From an uncultured Rickettsiales bacterium (GTDB taxonomy: Bacteria > Myxococcota_A > UBA796 > UBA9615 > CAYRNR01): DNA of 64,000 nucleotides. The position numbers were made by a program, and so were the translations under genes. Positions 57,197-64,000 of this stretch are shown one piece after another. Location: positions 2,116 through 66,115 of the forward strand of contig CAZXHG010000008.1 of NCBI GenBank assembly GCA_964639985.1. The letters run 5' to 3'. The notes beneath the pieces were generated by a model. That model did no database searches. It worked only from the letters and a program-made list of their open reading frames with translations, and was not told the DNA's origin. How positions within the stretch are numbered: the first letter of the stretch is position 1; each line of letters opens with the position of its first letter.

Positions 57197-58276
57197 GTGC
57201 ACCTCGTTCGTGTCCTGGTCGGTCTGTGTTCCCTGCCCCTGTGCTACCTGCTGTGGCCGACACCGGCCCTGGCCGGGGACGATGTCCTGGTCGTCGTGCA
57301 CCAGGACGACGACCTCGAGGAGCTCGTGACCCGGCTCACCGGCGACCAGCGCTCCCTGACACCGATCCTCGAATCCAACGGCTTCACCCGTCGCGAGGCC
57401 GTGCCGCCTGGAGCGGTCCTGCGCATCCCGGCGGACCGTCTCGTGGCGCTGCAGCACAGCCACGCCGAGCTGTTGTTCGTCAGGGCACCCCTGGAGATCA
57501 CCTCGGCCGACGGCAGGTCCCTGCCCGTGGGAGTGGGCGCGCGTCTGGTCGCCGGAGACGTCCTGCAGACCGGCCCTGGAGGAGCGGCGAACCTGAGGCT
57601 GGTGGGGTACGAACAGAGCCTGGAGCACGACCACCTGTTCGTGACCGCGGACTCGAAGGTCGAGATTGGCCAGATCCTGACCGTGCGGGGGGGAAGCGAG
57701 CGCCACGTGCTGCTGCGGCTGCTGCAGGGGGCCATCGAGGTCGTGACGTCTCACAGCGGCGAGACCCGGCTGTCGATCGAGGTGGAGACACCCACGGCCA
57801 TCGGTGGCGTGCGCGGTACCTCCTTCCGTACGGTGGTCGAGGAGGGGGCCGAACAGGTGACGAGCCGCTGGGAGACCCTCGACGGTGCCGTGGCCACGGC
57901 TGCTGCCGGTGACGAGGTGACCGTACCGGCGCGCTTCGGCACCCGCGTCGAACAAGGGGGGGCGTTCGCGGGGCTGCACCCGCTCCCCCCGCCTCCGCAC
58001 CTGGACCGGCCACTGGACGGTGTGGCGATCGAGGAATTCACCTTCGGCTGGCAGCCGGTCCCGGCTGCTGCGGCCTACGTCCTGGAGATCGCCGAGGATC
58101 CCGGATTCCACCGCCGGTTCCTCGTCGCCGCGGTGGACGAGCCCATGTACGCTCCCACAGTCGCCTCCCTGCCGGTGCGGGACGAGCCCTACTTCTGGCG
58201 CGTGTCGACCATCGACGGAGACGGGTACCAGGGCTGGTGTTCGCCCGCGCGTTCCTTCGCGGTCTCGATCCCCTGA
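57197..58276 (+). CDS. LysM-like + FecR-domain periplasmic protein.
   Basis: GTG start with signal peptide VHLVRVLVGLCSLPLCYLLWPTPALA. LysM-like LEELVTRLTGDQRSLTPILESNGF. FecR-like GDVLQTGPGGAANLRL...DSKVEIGQ. Confidence 0.6.
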   Translation: MHLVRVLVGLCSLPLCYLLWPTPALAGDDVLVVVHQDDDLEELVTRLTGDQRSLTPILESNGFTRREAVPPGAVLRIPADRLVALQHSHAELLFVRAPLEITSADGRSLPVGVGARLVAGDVLQTGPGGAANLRLVGYEQSLEHDHLFVTADSKVEIGQILTVRGGSERHVLLRLLQGAIEVVTSHSGETRLSIEVETPTAIGGVRGTSFRTVVEEGAEQVTSRWETLDGAVATAAAGDEVTVPARFGTRVEQGGAFAGLHPLPPPPHLDRPLDGVAIEEFTFGWQPVPAAAAYVLEIAEDPGFHRRFLVAAVDEPMYAPTVASLPVRDEPYFWRVSTIDGDGYQGWCSPARSFAVSIP

Positions 58277-58508
58277 GCCCCCCCCCGGGACGTCCGCTGA
58301 CACGACCCGACGTTGCGCAGAAACGGCGCATCCGTGTGGCAACGTCCTTGCGCAGGACCTCCGGGGAACGCGCTCTCTCCCGGCACCACGGGGTCGCCAT
58401 CGGCCCCCGGGCGGTCCGCCGCGAGATTGGCAACCGAATTGCATCAGGCACGCGGCAACGGCGGCTCGAGGTCCGCCCGACCATCCATCCCGACCTCGAT
58501 CGGAGTCC

Positions 58509-59972
58509 ATGATGAGGTATCGCCTGTCACTGTTCGCCGCCCTGTTCGTCCTGTCCGCCAGCGGCGCGGCCACCGCCCTCCCCGAGGACGCGGGCTTCCG
58601 CATCGGGCTCTACGGTGGCGTGCTGATCGCCGACCCGGACGAGACCATCACCACGGGCCCCACCGCGGGCCTGCGCCTGGGCTGGCAGTTCGACCGCGTG
58701 TTCGCCCTGGAAGGCAACCTGGGCTACTCCCAGTCCCTGACCAGCTCGAACGCCCAGCGGCTGGCGCGCGTGCTCACGCCGCGGCTGGACCTGCTGATCC
58801 ACATCCCCACCGACACGGTGTTCACCCCCTTCTTCGTGGTGGGCCCGGGGCTGATCTGGAAGCGGGTCAACCGGGACGCGTCCGTGCAGGAGGGCAGTAC
58901 CAACGGCGACGGGTACGGCCTGTTCAAGAACCCGGACACCGACTTCCTGTGGAACATCGGAGGCGGTGCCCTGGTGCAGCTGGGCGAGCTGCCCTTGTTC
59001 GTACGCGTCGACCTGCGCTACCTGGGCAATGTCGGCAACGAGCCCCACGGCGGCCGGGACGGTGACTACTTCAACTACGCGGAGATCACTGGCAGCCTGA
59101 CCGGCCGCTTCGGCGAGGGGGGACCGCGGGACACGGACGGGGACGGGTACTCCGACCGCGAGGACCTGTGTCCCGAGGACCCGGAGGACTTCGACGGATT
59201 CGTCGACGGTGACGGGTGCGAGGATCCGGACAACGACGAGGATGGCATCGAGGACGACTTCGACGAGTGCCCGGACACCCCCGAGGACACGGACGGCTGG
59301 GAGGACCGCGACGGGTGTCCGGACCCGGACAACGACGGCGACGGTTTCTCCGACCGCGAGGACGAATGCCCGGACCACGCCGAGGACGTCGACGATTTCG
59401 AGGACGGGGACGGCTGCCCCGACCTGGACAACGACGAGGACGGGACCATGGACGAGGAGGACGAGTGCCCCGTGGTGCCCGGACCGGTGGCCTCCTTCGG
59501 CTGCCCGGACGGTGACAACGACCGGGTGCCCGACCACCGGGACGACTGCCCGGACCGCAAGTGCGACGAGCGCGCCGACCCGAAGCGCTCCGACGGCTGC
59601 CCGTCCCAGGTCGTGGTGACGCGCGAGGAGGTCGTGATCCTCGACAAGGTCCACTTCGAGTACAACAAGGCGGTCATCCGGTCGGTGTCCCACGACATCC
59701 TCGACCAGGTCGCATCCGTGCTGGCGAGGTACCCCGACATCCGCCGGGTCGAGGTCCAGGGGCACACCGACTCGGACGGCAGCGAGGAGGCCAACCTCGA
59801 CCTGTCCCAGCGGAGAGCCGAGGCGGTCGTGGAGTACCTGGTCGAGCAGGGTATCGACCGCTCGCGCCTCACCCCGATCGGGTACGGCGAGGCCGAGCCC
59901 ATCGACACCAACGACACCCGGTCCGGCCGAGCCAACAACCGGCGCGTGCAGTTCGTGATCCTCGAGCAATGA
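58509..59972 (+). CDS. OmpA-family outer-membrane protein with thrombospondin type-3 (TSP3) Ca-binding repeats.
   Basis: Signal peptide MMRYRLSLFAALFVLSASGAATA. N-terminal beta-barrel-like region. About 8 DxDxDGxxDxxDxCP TSP3 repeats. C-terminal OmpA_C (VQGHTDSDGSEEANLDLSQRRAEAVVEYLV...RRVQFVIL). Confidence 0.85.
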   Translation: MMRYRLSLFAALFVLSASGAATALPEDAGFRIGLYGGVLIADPDETITTGPTAGLRLGWQFDRVFALEGNLGYSQSLTSSNAQRLARVLTPRLDLLIHIPTDTVFTPFFVVGPGLIWKRVNRDASVQEGSTNGDGYGLFKNPDTDFLWNIGGGALVQLGELPLFVRVDLRYLGNVGNEPHGGRDGDYFNYAEITGSLTGRFGEGGPRDTDGDGYSDREDLCPEDPEDFDGFVDGDGCEDPDNDEDGIEDDFDECPDTPEDTDGWEDRDGCPDPDNDGDGFSDREDECPDHAEDVDDFEDGDGCPDLDNDEDGTMDEEDECPVVPGPVASFGCPDGDNDRVPDHRDDCPDRKCDERADPKRSDGCPSQVVVTREEVVILDKVHFEYNKAVIRSVSHDILDQVASVLARYPDIRRVEVQGHTDSDGSEEANLDLSQRRAEAVVEYLVEQGIDRSRLTPIGYGEAEPIDTNDTRSGRANNRRVQFVILEQ

Positions 59973-60033
59973 CGCCACGCTAGGAACCGACGCGGACCTG
60001 CTATCATCGCGGTATCTCTCAGGGGCGAGGGGT

Positions 60034-61320
60034 GTGAGGGGCGTGAACGTGTGGCGTGCCGTGCTCGAGCCGGCAGGGCCCGTGGCGAGTGATGCGGAGC
60101 GGCGGCGAGCCCGGATCATCGCCGGCCTCAGCCTGCCCCTGATCCTGTTCGCCGGGATCGAGACCTGCCGGGCGGACTCGCCGTCGCGGTGGTTCTTCCT
60201 CGCGGTGCTCCTGCAGGCCCTGGCCGCGTACGGCTCGGCTCGCACACGGTTGGTGCGCGCCGCCGGGATCCTGCTGGTCGTCGCCTACACGACCCTGCCC
60301 TACATCGGCATCGGGTCTGCCGCGCCCACGACCTCGTCCACGGTCGAGGTGATGTTCGTGCTGCTGGCCGTGCTCGTGGCCGGGCTGACCCTGCCGCTGC
60401 GTACCTACGTGGTCGTGGCCTCGTTCAACGAGGTGATCCTGCTGTGGCTGGTGGCCGCCAACCCGGAGATCCCGCCGCGGTCGGGACTGGAATTCCTCGC
60501 TCTGGTGCTGATGGTCTCCCTGGTCACCGGGATCTACGCGGTGATCCAGGCGGTCAACGAACGGGAGATCGCACGCGTCGAGGAGCTGCAGGCCCTCAAC
60601 CAGCGTCTCACCGAGACCCGCGAACAGCTGGTGCAGGCGGCCAAGCTGGCCGCGGTCGGCGAGCTGGCCGCTGGCGTGGCCCACGAGCTGAACAATCCCC
60701 TGACCGCGGCCATGGCCAGCGCCGAGCTGCTGAGCTCGAAGGTCGAGGCCCTGGGACCGGGTGCCGGTCACCTCCAGCCGTGGATCACGCGAATGCTCGA
60801 GGCCACGGAGCGTTGCCGGGTGATCTGCGAGCGCCTGCTCAGCTTCGCCCGTCAGACAGGTGGCGAACGGGAGGACGTGGCCCTGTGGGAGGTGGTGGAG
60901 TCCACGGTCGAGCTGCTGGACTACCCGCTGCGCAAGCACCAGGCCCACGTGACCGTCGACCTGGAGGCACCGCTGGTGGTGAACGGCGTGCGGGGGCAGC
61001 TGGAGCAGGTGTTGACCAACCTGGTGCTCAACGCCTGCCAGGCGGGTGCACGCGACATCGAGATCAGGGGCCGTCGCTCGGATGGCCAGATCCGCCTGAC
61101 CGTGGCCGACGACGGTCCGGGCATCGCCGCGGACGCGGTGGACCGCGTGTTCCAGCCCTTCTTCACCACCAAGCCGCCGGGAAGCGGGACAGGTCTGGGA
61201 CTGTCCGTGAGCGCGGGGATCGTGCGGGAACACGGAGGCCGTATCGAGGTGGAGAGCTCGCTGGAGGAGGGGGCCACGTTCACCGTGATCCTGCCGGACG
61301 TGGCCCCGGTGGTGGGCTGA
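60034..61320 (+). CDS. Membrane-bound sensor histidine kinase (HisKA + HATPase_c).
   Basis: Multiple transmembrane helices. H-box LAAGVAHELNNPL. N/G boxes (LVLNACQAG, DDGPGI, GTGLGLS). GTG start. Confidence 0.9.
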   Translation: MRGVNVWRAVLEPAGPVASDAERRRARIIAGLSLPLILFAGIETCRADSPSRWFFLAVLLQALAAYGSARTRLVRAAGILLVVAYTTLPYIGIGSAAPTTSSTVEVMFVLLAVLVAGLTLPLRTYVVVASFNEVILLWLVAANPEIPPRSGLEFLALVLMVSLVTGIYAVIQAVNEREIARVEELQALNQRLTETREQLVQAAKLAAVGELAAGVAHELNNPLTAAMASAELLSSKVEALGPGAGHLQPWITRMLEATERCRVICERLLSFARQTGGEREDVALWEVVESTVELLDYPLRKHQAHVTVDLEAPLVVNGVRGQLEQVLTNLVLNACQAGARDIEIRGRRSDGQIRLTVADDGPGIAADAVDRVFQPFFTTKPPGSGTGLGLSVSAGIVREHGGRIEVESSLEEGATFTVILPDVAPVVG

Positions 61321-61336
61321 GCCCGCGGCGCCGGGC

Positions 61337-62044
61337 TCAGCGGCCGTCCTCGTCCCGGGCGACCTCCCGGTAGAGCAGCGCCCCGACCACGCCTCCCAGC
61401 AGCGGGGCAGCCCAGAACAACCACAGCTGGCCCAGGGCCCAGCCGCCGACCACGATCGCCGGGCCGGTGCTGCGCGCCGGGTTGACCGACAGGTTGGTCA
61501 CCGGGATCCCCACCAGGTGGATCAGCACCAGGGCCATGCCGATGGCCAGGGGCGCCAGCCCGGCGGGCGCGCGGCTGTCGGTCGCGCCCATGATCACGAA
61601 CAGGAAGATCGCGGTCAGCAGCACCTCGGCCACGAACGCGGACGCCATCGAGTAGCCGCCCGGGGAGTGGTCGCCGTATCCGTTGGCAGCCAGCCCGGCC
61701 GCCAGGTCGTAGCCCCCGGGAGCCCCGCTCGCCACGAAGTACAGCACCACCGCGGCCAGCGTGGCCCCGCCCAGCTGCGCGAGCACGTAGCCGGGCACCT
61801 CGCGGATGTCGATCCTCCCGCCGGTGCACAGCCCGAGGGTGACCGCGGGATTGAGGTGGCAGCCGGACACGTGCCCGATGGCGTACGCCATGGTCAGCAC
61901 GGACAGGCCGAAGGCCAGCGAGACCCCGAGCAGGCCGATGCCCACGCCGGGGAATGCGGCGGCCAGTACGGCCGCTCCACAGCCGCCGAACACCAGCCAG
62001 AACGTGCCGACGAACTCCGCGCTCATCTTCCTTGCCAGGGACAT
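61337..62044 (-). CDS. aqpZ: Aquaporin Z (MIP family water channel).
   Basis: Two NPA motifs (HLNPAVT, NPARS). 6 TM plus half-helices. 235 aa. Confidence 0.9.
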   Translation of the reverse strand: MSLARKMSAEFVGTFWLVFGGCGAAVLAAAFPGVGIGLLGVSLAFGLSVLTMAYAIGHVSGCHLNPAVTLGLCTGGRIDIREVPGYVLAQLGGATLAAVVLYFVASGAPGGYDLAAGLAANGYGDHSPGGYSMASAFVAEVLLTAIFLFVIMGATDSRAPAGLAPLAIGMALVLIHLVGIPVTNLSVNPARSTGPAIVVGGWALGQLWLFWAAPLLGGVVGALLYREVARDEDGR

Positions 62045-62089
62045 GCTCTCGACCTCCAGTGAAAGGGTGTGCGTCCGGGCCAGACGTCG

Positions 62090-63070
62090 TCAGCGGACGA
62101 CCACCTGGTTGCGGCCGTTGCGCTTGGCCTCGTACAGGGCCATGTCGGCCTGCTCCAGCAGGATGTGACCGTGCAGCTCGTCGTGGTCCTCGTCACCCTC
62201 GGTGTCCATGGTGACCAGGATCACGGCCTCCTCGGCGTCCAGGCAGGTGCCGCCGATGCTGGCGGTGAGGCGGACAGGACCCTGGTCCGTGGGCACCGCC
62301 AGGTACTCCAGGCCCACGCGGATCCGTTCTGCCGCGATGTCGAGGCCTCCACGGGTCACCCCGCGCAGCAGGATGCAGAACTCCTCGCCCCCGTAGCGGT
62401 AGACCGAGTCCTCGTCCCGCACCGATTCCTTGAGCACGCGCGCCACCTCGGCCAGCACCCGGTCTCCGACCGCGTGACCGTGGCGGTCGTTGACCTGCTT
62501 GAAGTGGTCGATGTCGGCCATCAGGATGCCGAACGGCGTGCCGTGGCGCAGGGTGTAGCTCATCTCTTCGCGCAGCCGCTGCTTGAGCAGCCGGCGGTTG
62601 CCCGTGCGGGTCAGCGCGTCGGTGAACATCTGCTCCTGGATCGTGCGCACGGACCGGGCGCCGGCCTCGTCCACGACCGTGGCCTGCAAGGTGGTGTAGC
62701 CGCCCAGCCGGATGCGGCAGCCGTCGCGCAGCTGCACCCTGCCTTCCACCCAGCGGCAGTCGACGGTCGTGCCGTTGGAGCTGCCCAACTCCTCGATGGT
62801 GAACACGCCATCCACGACCGCTACACGCGCGTGCTCGCGCGAGATCGTGGGGTCCAGGAGCTGCACCTCGGCCGCGTGGTGCCGGCCGATGACGCCGCCC
62901 GAGCCGTCGAGCAGGAACACCGGCGCGCTGGCGTCCCCCTGCAGCACGGTCAAGGTGATGCCCACCGGCGCTCCGGTCTCGGGCGGCGGGTCGACCAAGC
63001 CGTGGGTCGAGGCCGTGATCTCCGCGTCGTCGTGGTCGTCGGGGCGTGCCCAACGGTGCTTTCGGGTCAT
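62090..63070 (-). CDS. FHA-domain diguanylate cyclase (FHA + GGDEF).
   Basis: ATG at 63070. The FHA core is VIGRHHAAEVQLLDPTISREHARV...GSSNGTTV. The GGDEF domain has a GGEEF site (RYGGEEFCILL). The upstream part of track ORF 62090..63523 is Ser-rich junk. Confidence 0.85.
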   Translation of the reverse strand: MTRKHRWARPDDHDDAEITASTHGLVDPPPETGAPVGITLTVLQGDASAPVFLLDGSGGVIGRHHAAEVQLLDPTISREHARVAVVDGVFTIEELGSSNGTTVDCRWVEGRVQLRDGCRIRLGGYTTLQATVVDEAGARSVRTIQEQMFTDALTRTGNRRLLKQRLREEMSYTLRHGTPFGILMADIDHFKQVNDRHGHAVGDRVLAEVARVLKESVRDEDSVYRYGGEEFCILLRGVTRGGLDIAAERIRVGLEYLAVPTDQGPVRLTASIGGTCLDAEEAVILVTMDTEGDEDHDELHGHILLEQADMALYEAKRNGRNQVVVR

Positions 63071-63293
63071 CTCGGTCGGTTCCTTCGGTCTGCCTGGCCG
63101 CCATCCTCCTCGTCGCTGCCCACCGCCCGGCCTTCGTGCAAGACCCGGGCCAATCCGGATCGGCGTCCGTGGACCCGCGTCGGCCGGGAACTGCGCAGGA
63201 TCGGCGCGACAGGGAGGTACGGGATGGAGCAGGGATGGTGGGGCTCGTGACCGGCTGGCAGGTGATACGCTGATGCCCCATGGAGGAGAGTGG

Positions 63294-64000
63294 ATGACGC
63301 GCGCACACCGGTGGTTGGTCCTGGGGCTGGTCCTCGCGGTCGGTTGCCCACCTGCCGAGGACGACGACGATGACGACGTCGTGGCGGACGATGACGTGGC
63401 GGACGACGACGCCACGGCCGACGACGACGTGGCCGACGACGACGTGGCTGACGACGACTCGGACGACTCGTCCTGTCCGGGGGTGGAGGACCCCACGGAC
63501 ATCAGCGGGTACACGTACTCCACGATCCAGATCGGGGGTCAGTGCTGGATGGGGGAGAACCTCAAGACCGGCGAGACCATCGACGGCGACATGACTGACA
63601 ACGGGGTGGTCGAGCGGTGGTGCTACGACGCGGCCGAGACGTACTGCGAGGGACGCTGTGGCGGGCTGTACACCTGGAACGAGGTGATGGCCTGGGACGA
63701 CGATTCCCAGGGCATCTGCCCGGGGGGCTGGCGCGTGCCGTCGCTGACAGACTGGAACCAGCTGCTGGGCCAGTTCAGCGGCGACGAGATCGAGCTGATG
63801 GCCGTGCTGGGCAGCTCCGGGTTCGACGCGTGGTACTGCGGCCGGATTTCGGACGGGGCCCACAACCCCGACTACGACGGCGAGTTCGGCTGGTACTGGA
63901 CCTCCACCGACTACAGTGGCATCGAGACCTGGGTGGCCAAGTTCACGCGCGAGGACGAGACCGCCGAGACCCTGCACAACAACATCGAGTTCGGGTACTC
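63294..64000 (+). CDS. Lipoprotein with a poly-Asp linker and a Fibrobacter-succinogenes-major-paralogous (FISUMP) domain; 3' end outside the window.
   Basis: GGAGGAGAG RBS. MTRAHRWLVLGLVLAVGC lipobox. DDDDDDVVADDDVADDD linker. FISUMP signature GQCWMGENL...CPGGWRVPSLTDWNQL. No stop before 64000, so it is absent from the ORF track. Confidence 0.75.
   Translation, partial: MTRAHRWLVLGLVLAVGCPPAEDDDDDDVVADDDVADDDATADDDVADDDVADDDSDDSSCPGVEDPTDISGYTYSTIQIGGQCWMGENLKTGETIDGDMTDNGVVERWCYDAAETYCEGRCGGLYTWNEVMAWDDDSQGICPGGWRVPSLTDWNQLLGQFSGDEIELMAVLGSSGFDAWYCGRISDGAHNPDYDGEFGWYWTSTDYSGIETWVAKFTREDETAETLHNNIEFGY

Noticed and set aside
62193-63977. 594-aa minus-strand ORF overlapping the FHA-GGDEF gene and the FISUMP lipoprotein gene
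   Set aside because: Arg/Gly/Pro-rich. It conflicts with two motif-supported genes.

Overview
The window is 64 kb of about 70% GC DNA, densely coding on both strands. I can support about 50 protein genes. No rRNA, tRNA, CRISPR array or transposase was recognised. The high GC, the many signal-peptide and lipobox proteins, the sigma-54 activators, and three proteins whose C-terminal tails fit my recollection of the MYXO-CTERM sorting signature (Cys, hydrophobic helix, Arg cluster) suggest a Myxococcota-like genome. This is an inference from sequence features, not a database hit. Because of the high GC, many long ORFs in the supplied track are antisense or Arg/Pro-rich artefacts and were discarded. 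Real genes were chosen by amino-acid composition, recognisable motifs, RBS-like GGAGG stretches and start/stop coupling.

Main contents, in order:
- A MopE-like metal-binding-repeat / FG-GAP lipoprotein (partial at the window edge).
- A DUF234-type AAA ATPase beside an anomalous AT-rich repeat region.
- Acyl-CoA synthetase plus MaoC dehydratase, and an Fpg/MutM DNA glycosylase.
- A secreted-protease island: three tandem gingipain-like C25 peptidase paralogs and a trypsin-like S1 protease.
- An inositol monophosphatase and an FG-GAP/ASPIC lipoprotein.
- A periplasmic-propeller sensor diguanylate cyclase with a translationally coupled small membrane protein.
- A 2-hydroxyacyl-CoA dehydratase pair.
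- An HTH / Mrr-like / NACHT / HEAT STAND NTPase (candidate antiphage protein).
- A four-gene candidate extracellular-DNA capture/degradation operon: lamin-tail-domain protein, an outer-membrane protein with a ComEA-like helix-hairpin-helix domain, a staphylococcal-nuclease-like lipoprotein, and a small ORF.
- A DUF3516 DEAD/DEAH helicase, a sodium:solute symporter and a REC + double HD-GYP phosphodiesterase.
- A ~6.6 kb block between two truncated gene remnants (a GNAT fragment and a molybdopterin-oxidoreductase fragment). It carries a His/Cys-rich lipoprotein and a translationally coupled pair of Hsp90-like GHKL ATPase-domain proteins, one apparently active (592 aa) and one degenerate (1061 aa). 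This is the most likely undescribed system in the window.
- A sigma-54 GAF regulator, a CHASE2 nucleotide cyclase, an OmpA / LysM-FecR / OmpA-TSP3 envelope cluster, a histidine kinase, aquaporin Z, an FHA-GGDEF protein and a FISUMP-domain lipoprotein (partial).

A recurrent extended -10-like element (GTGCTATCCT) sits upstream of four secreted-protein or enzyme genes.
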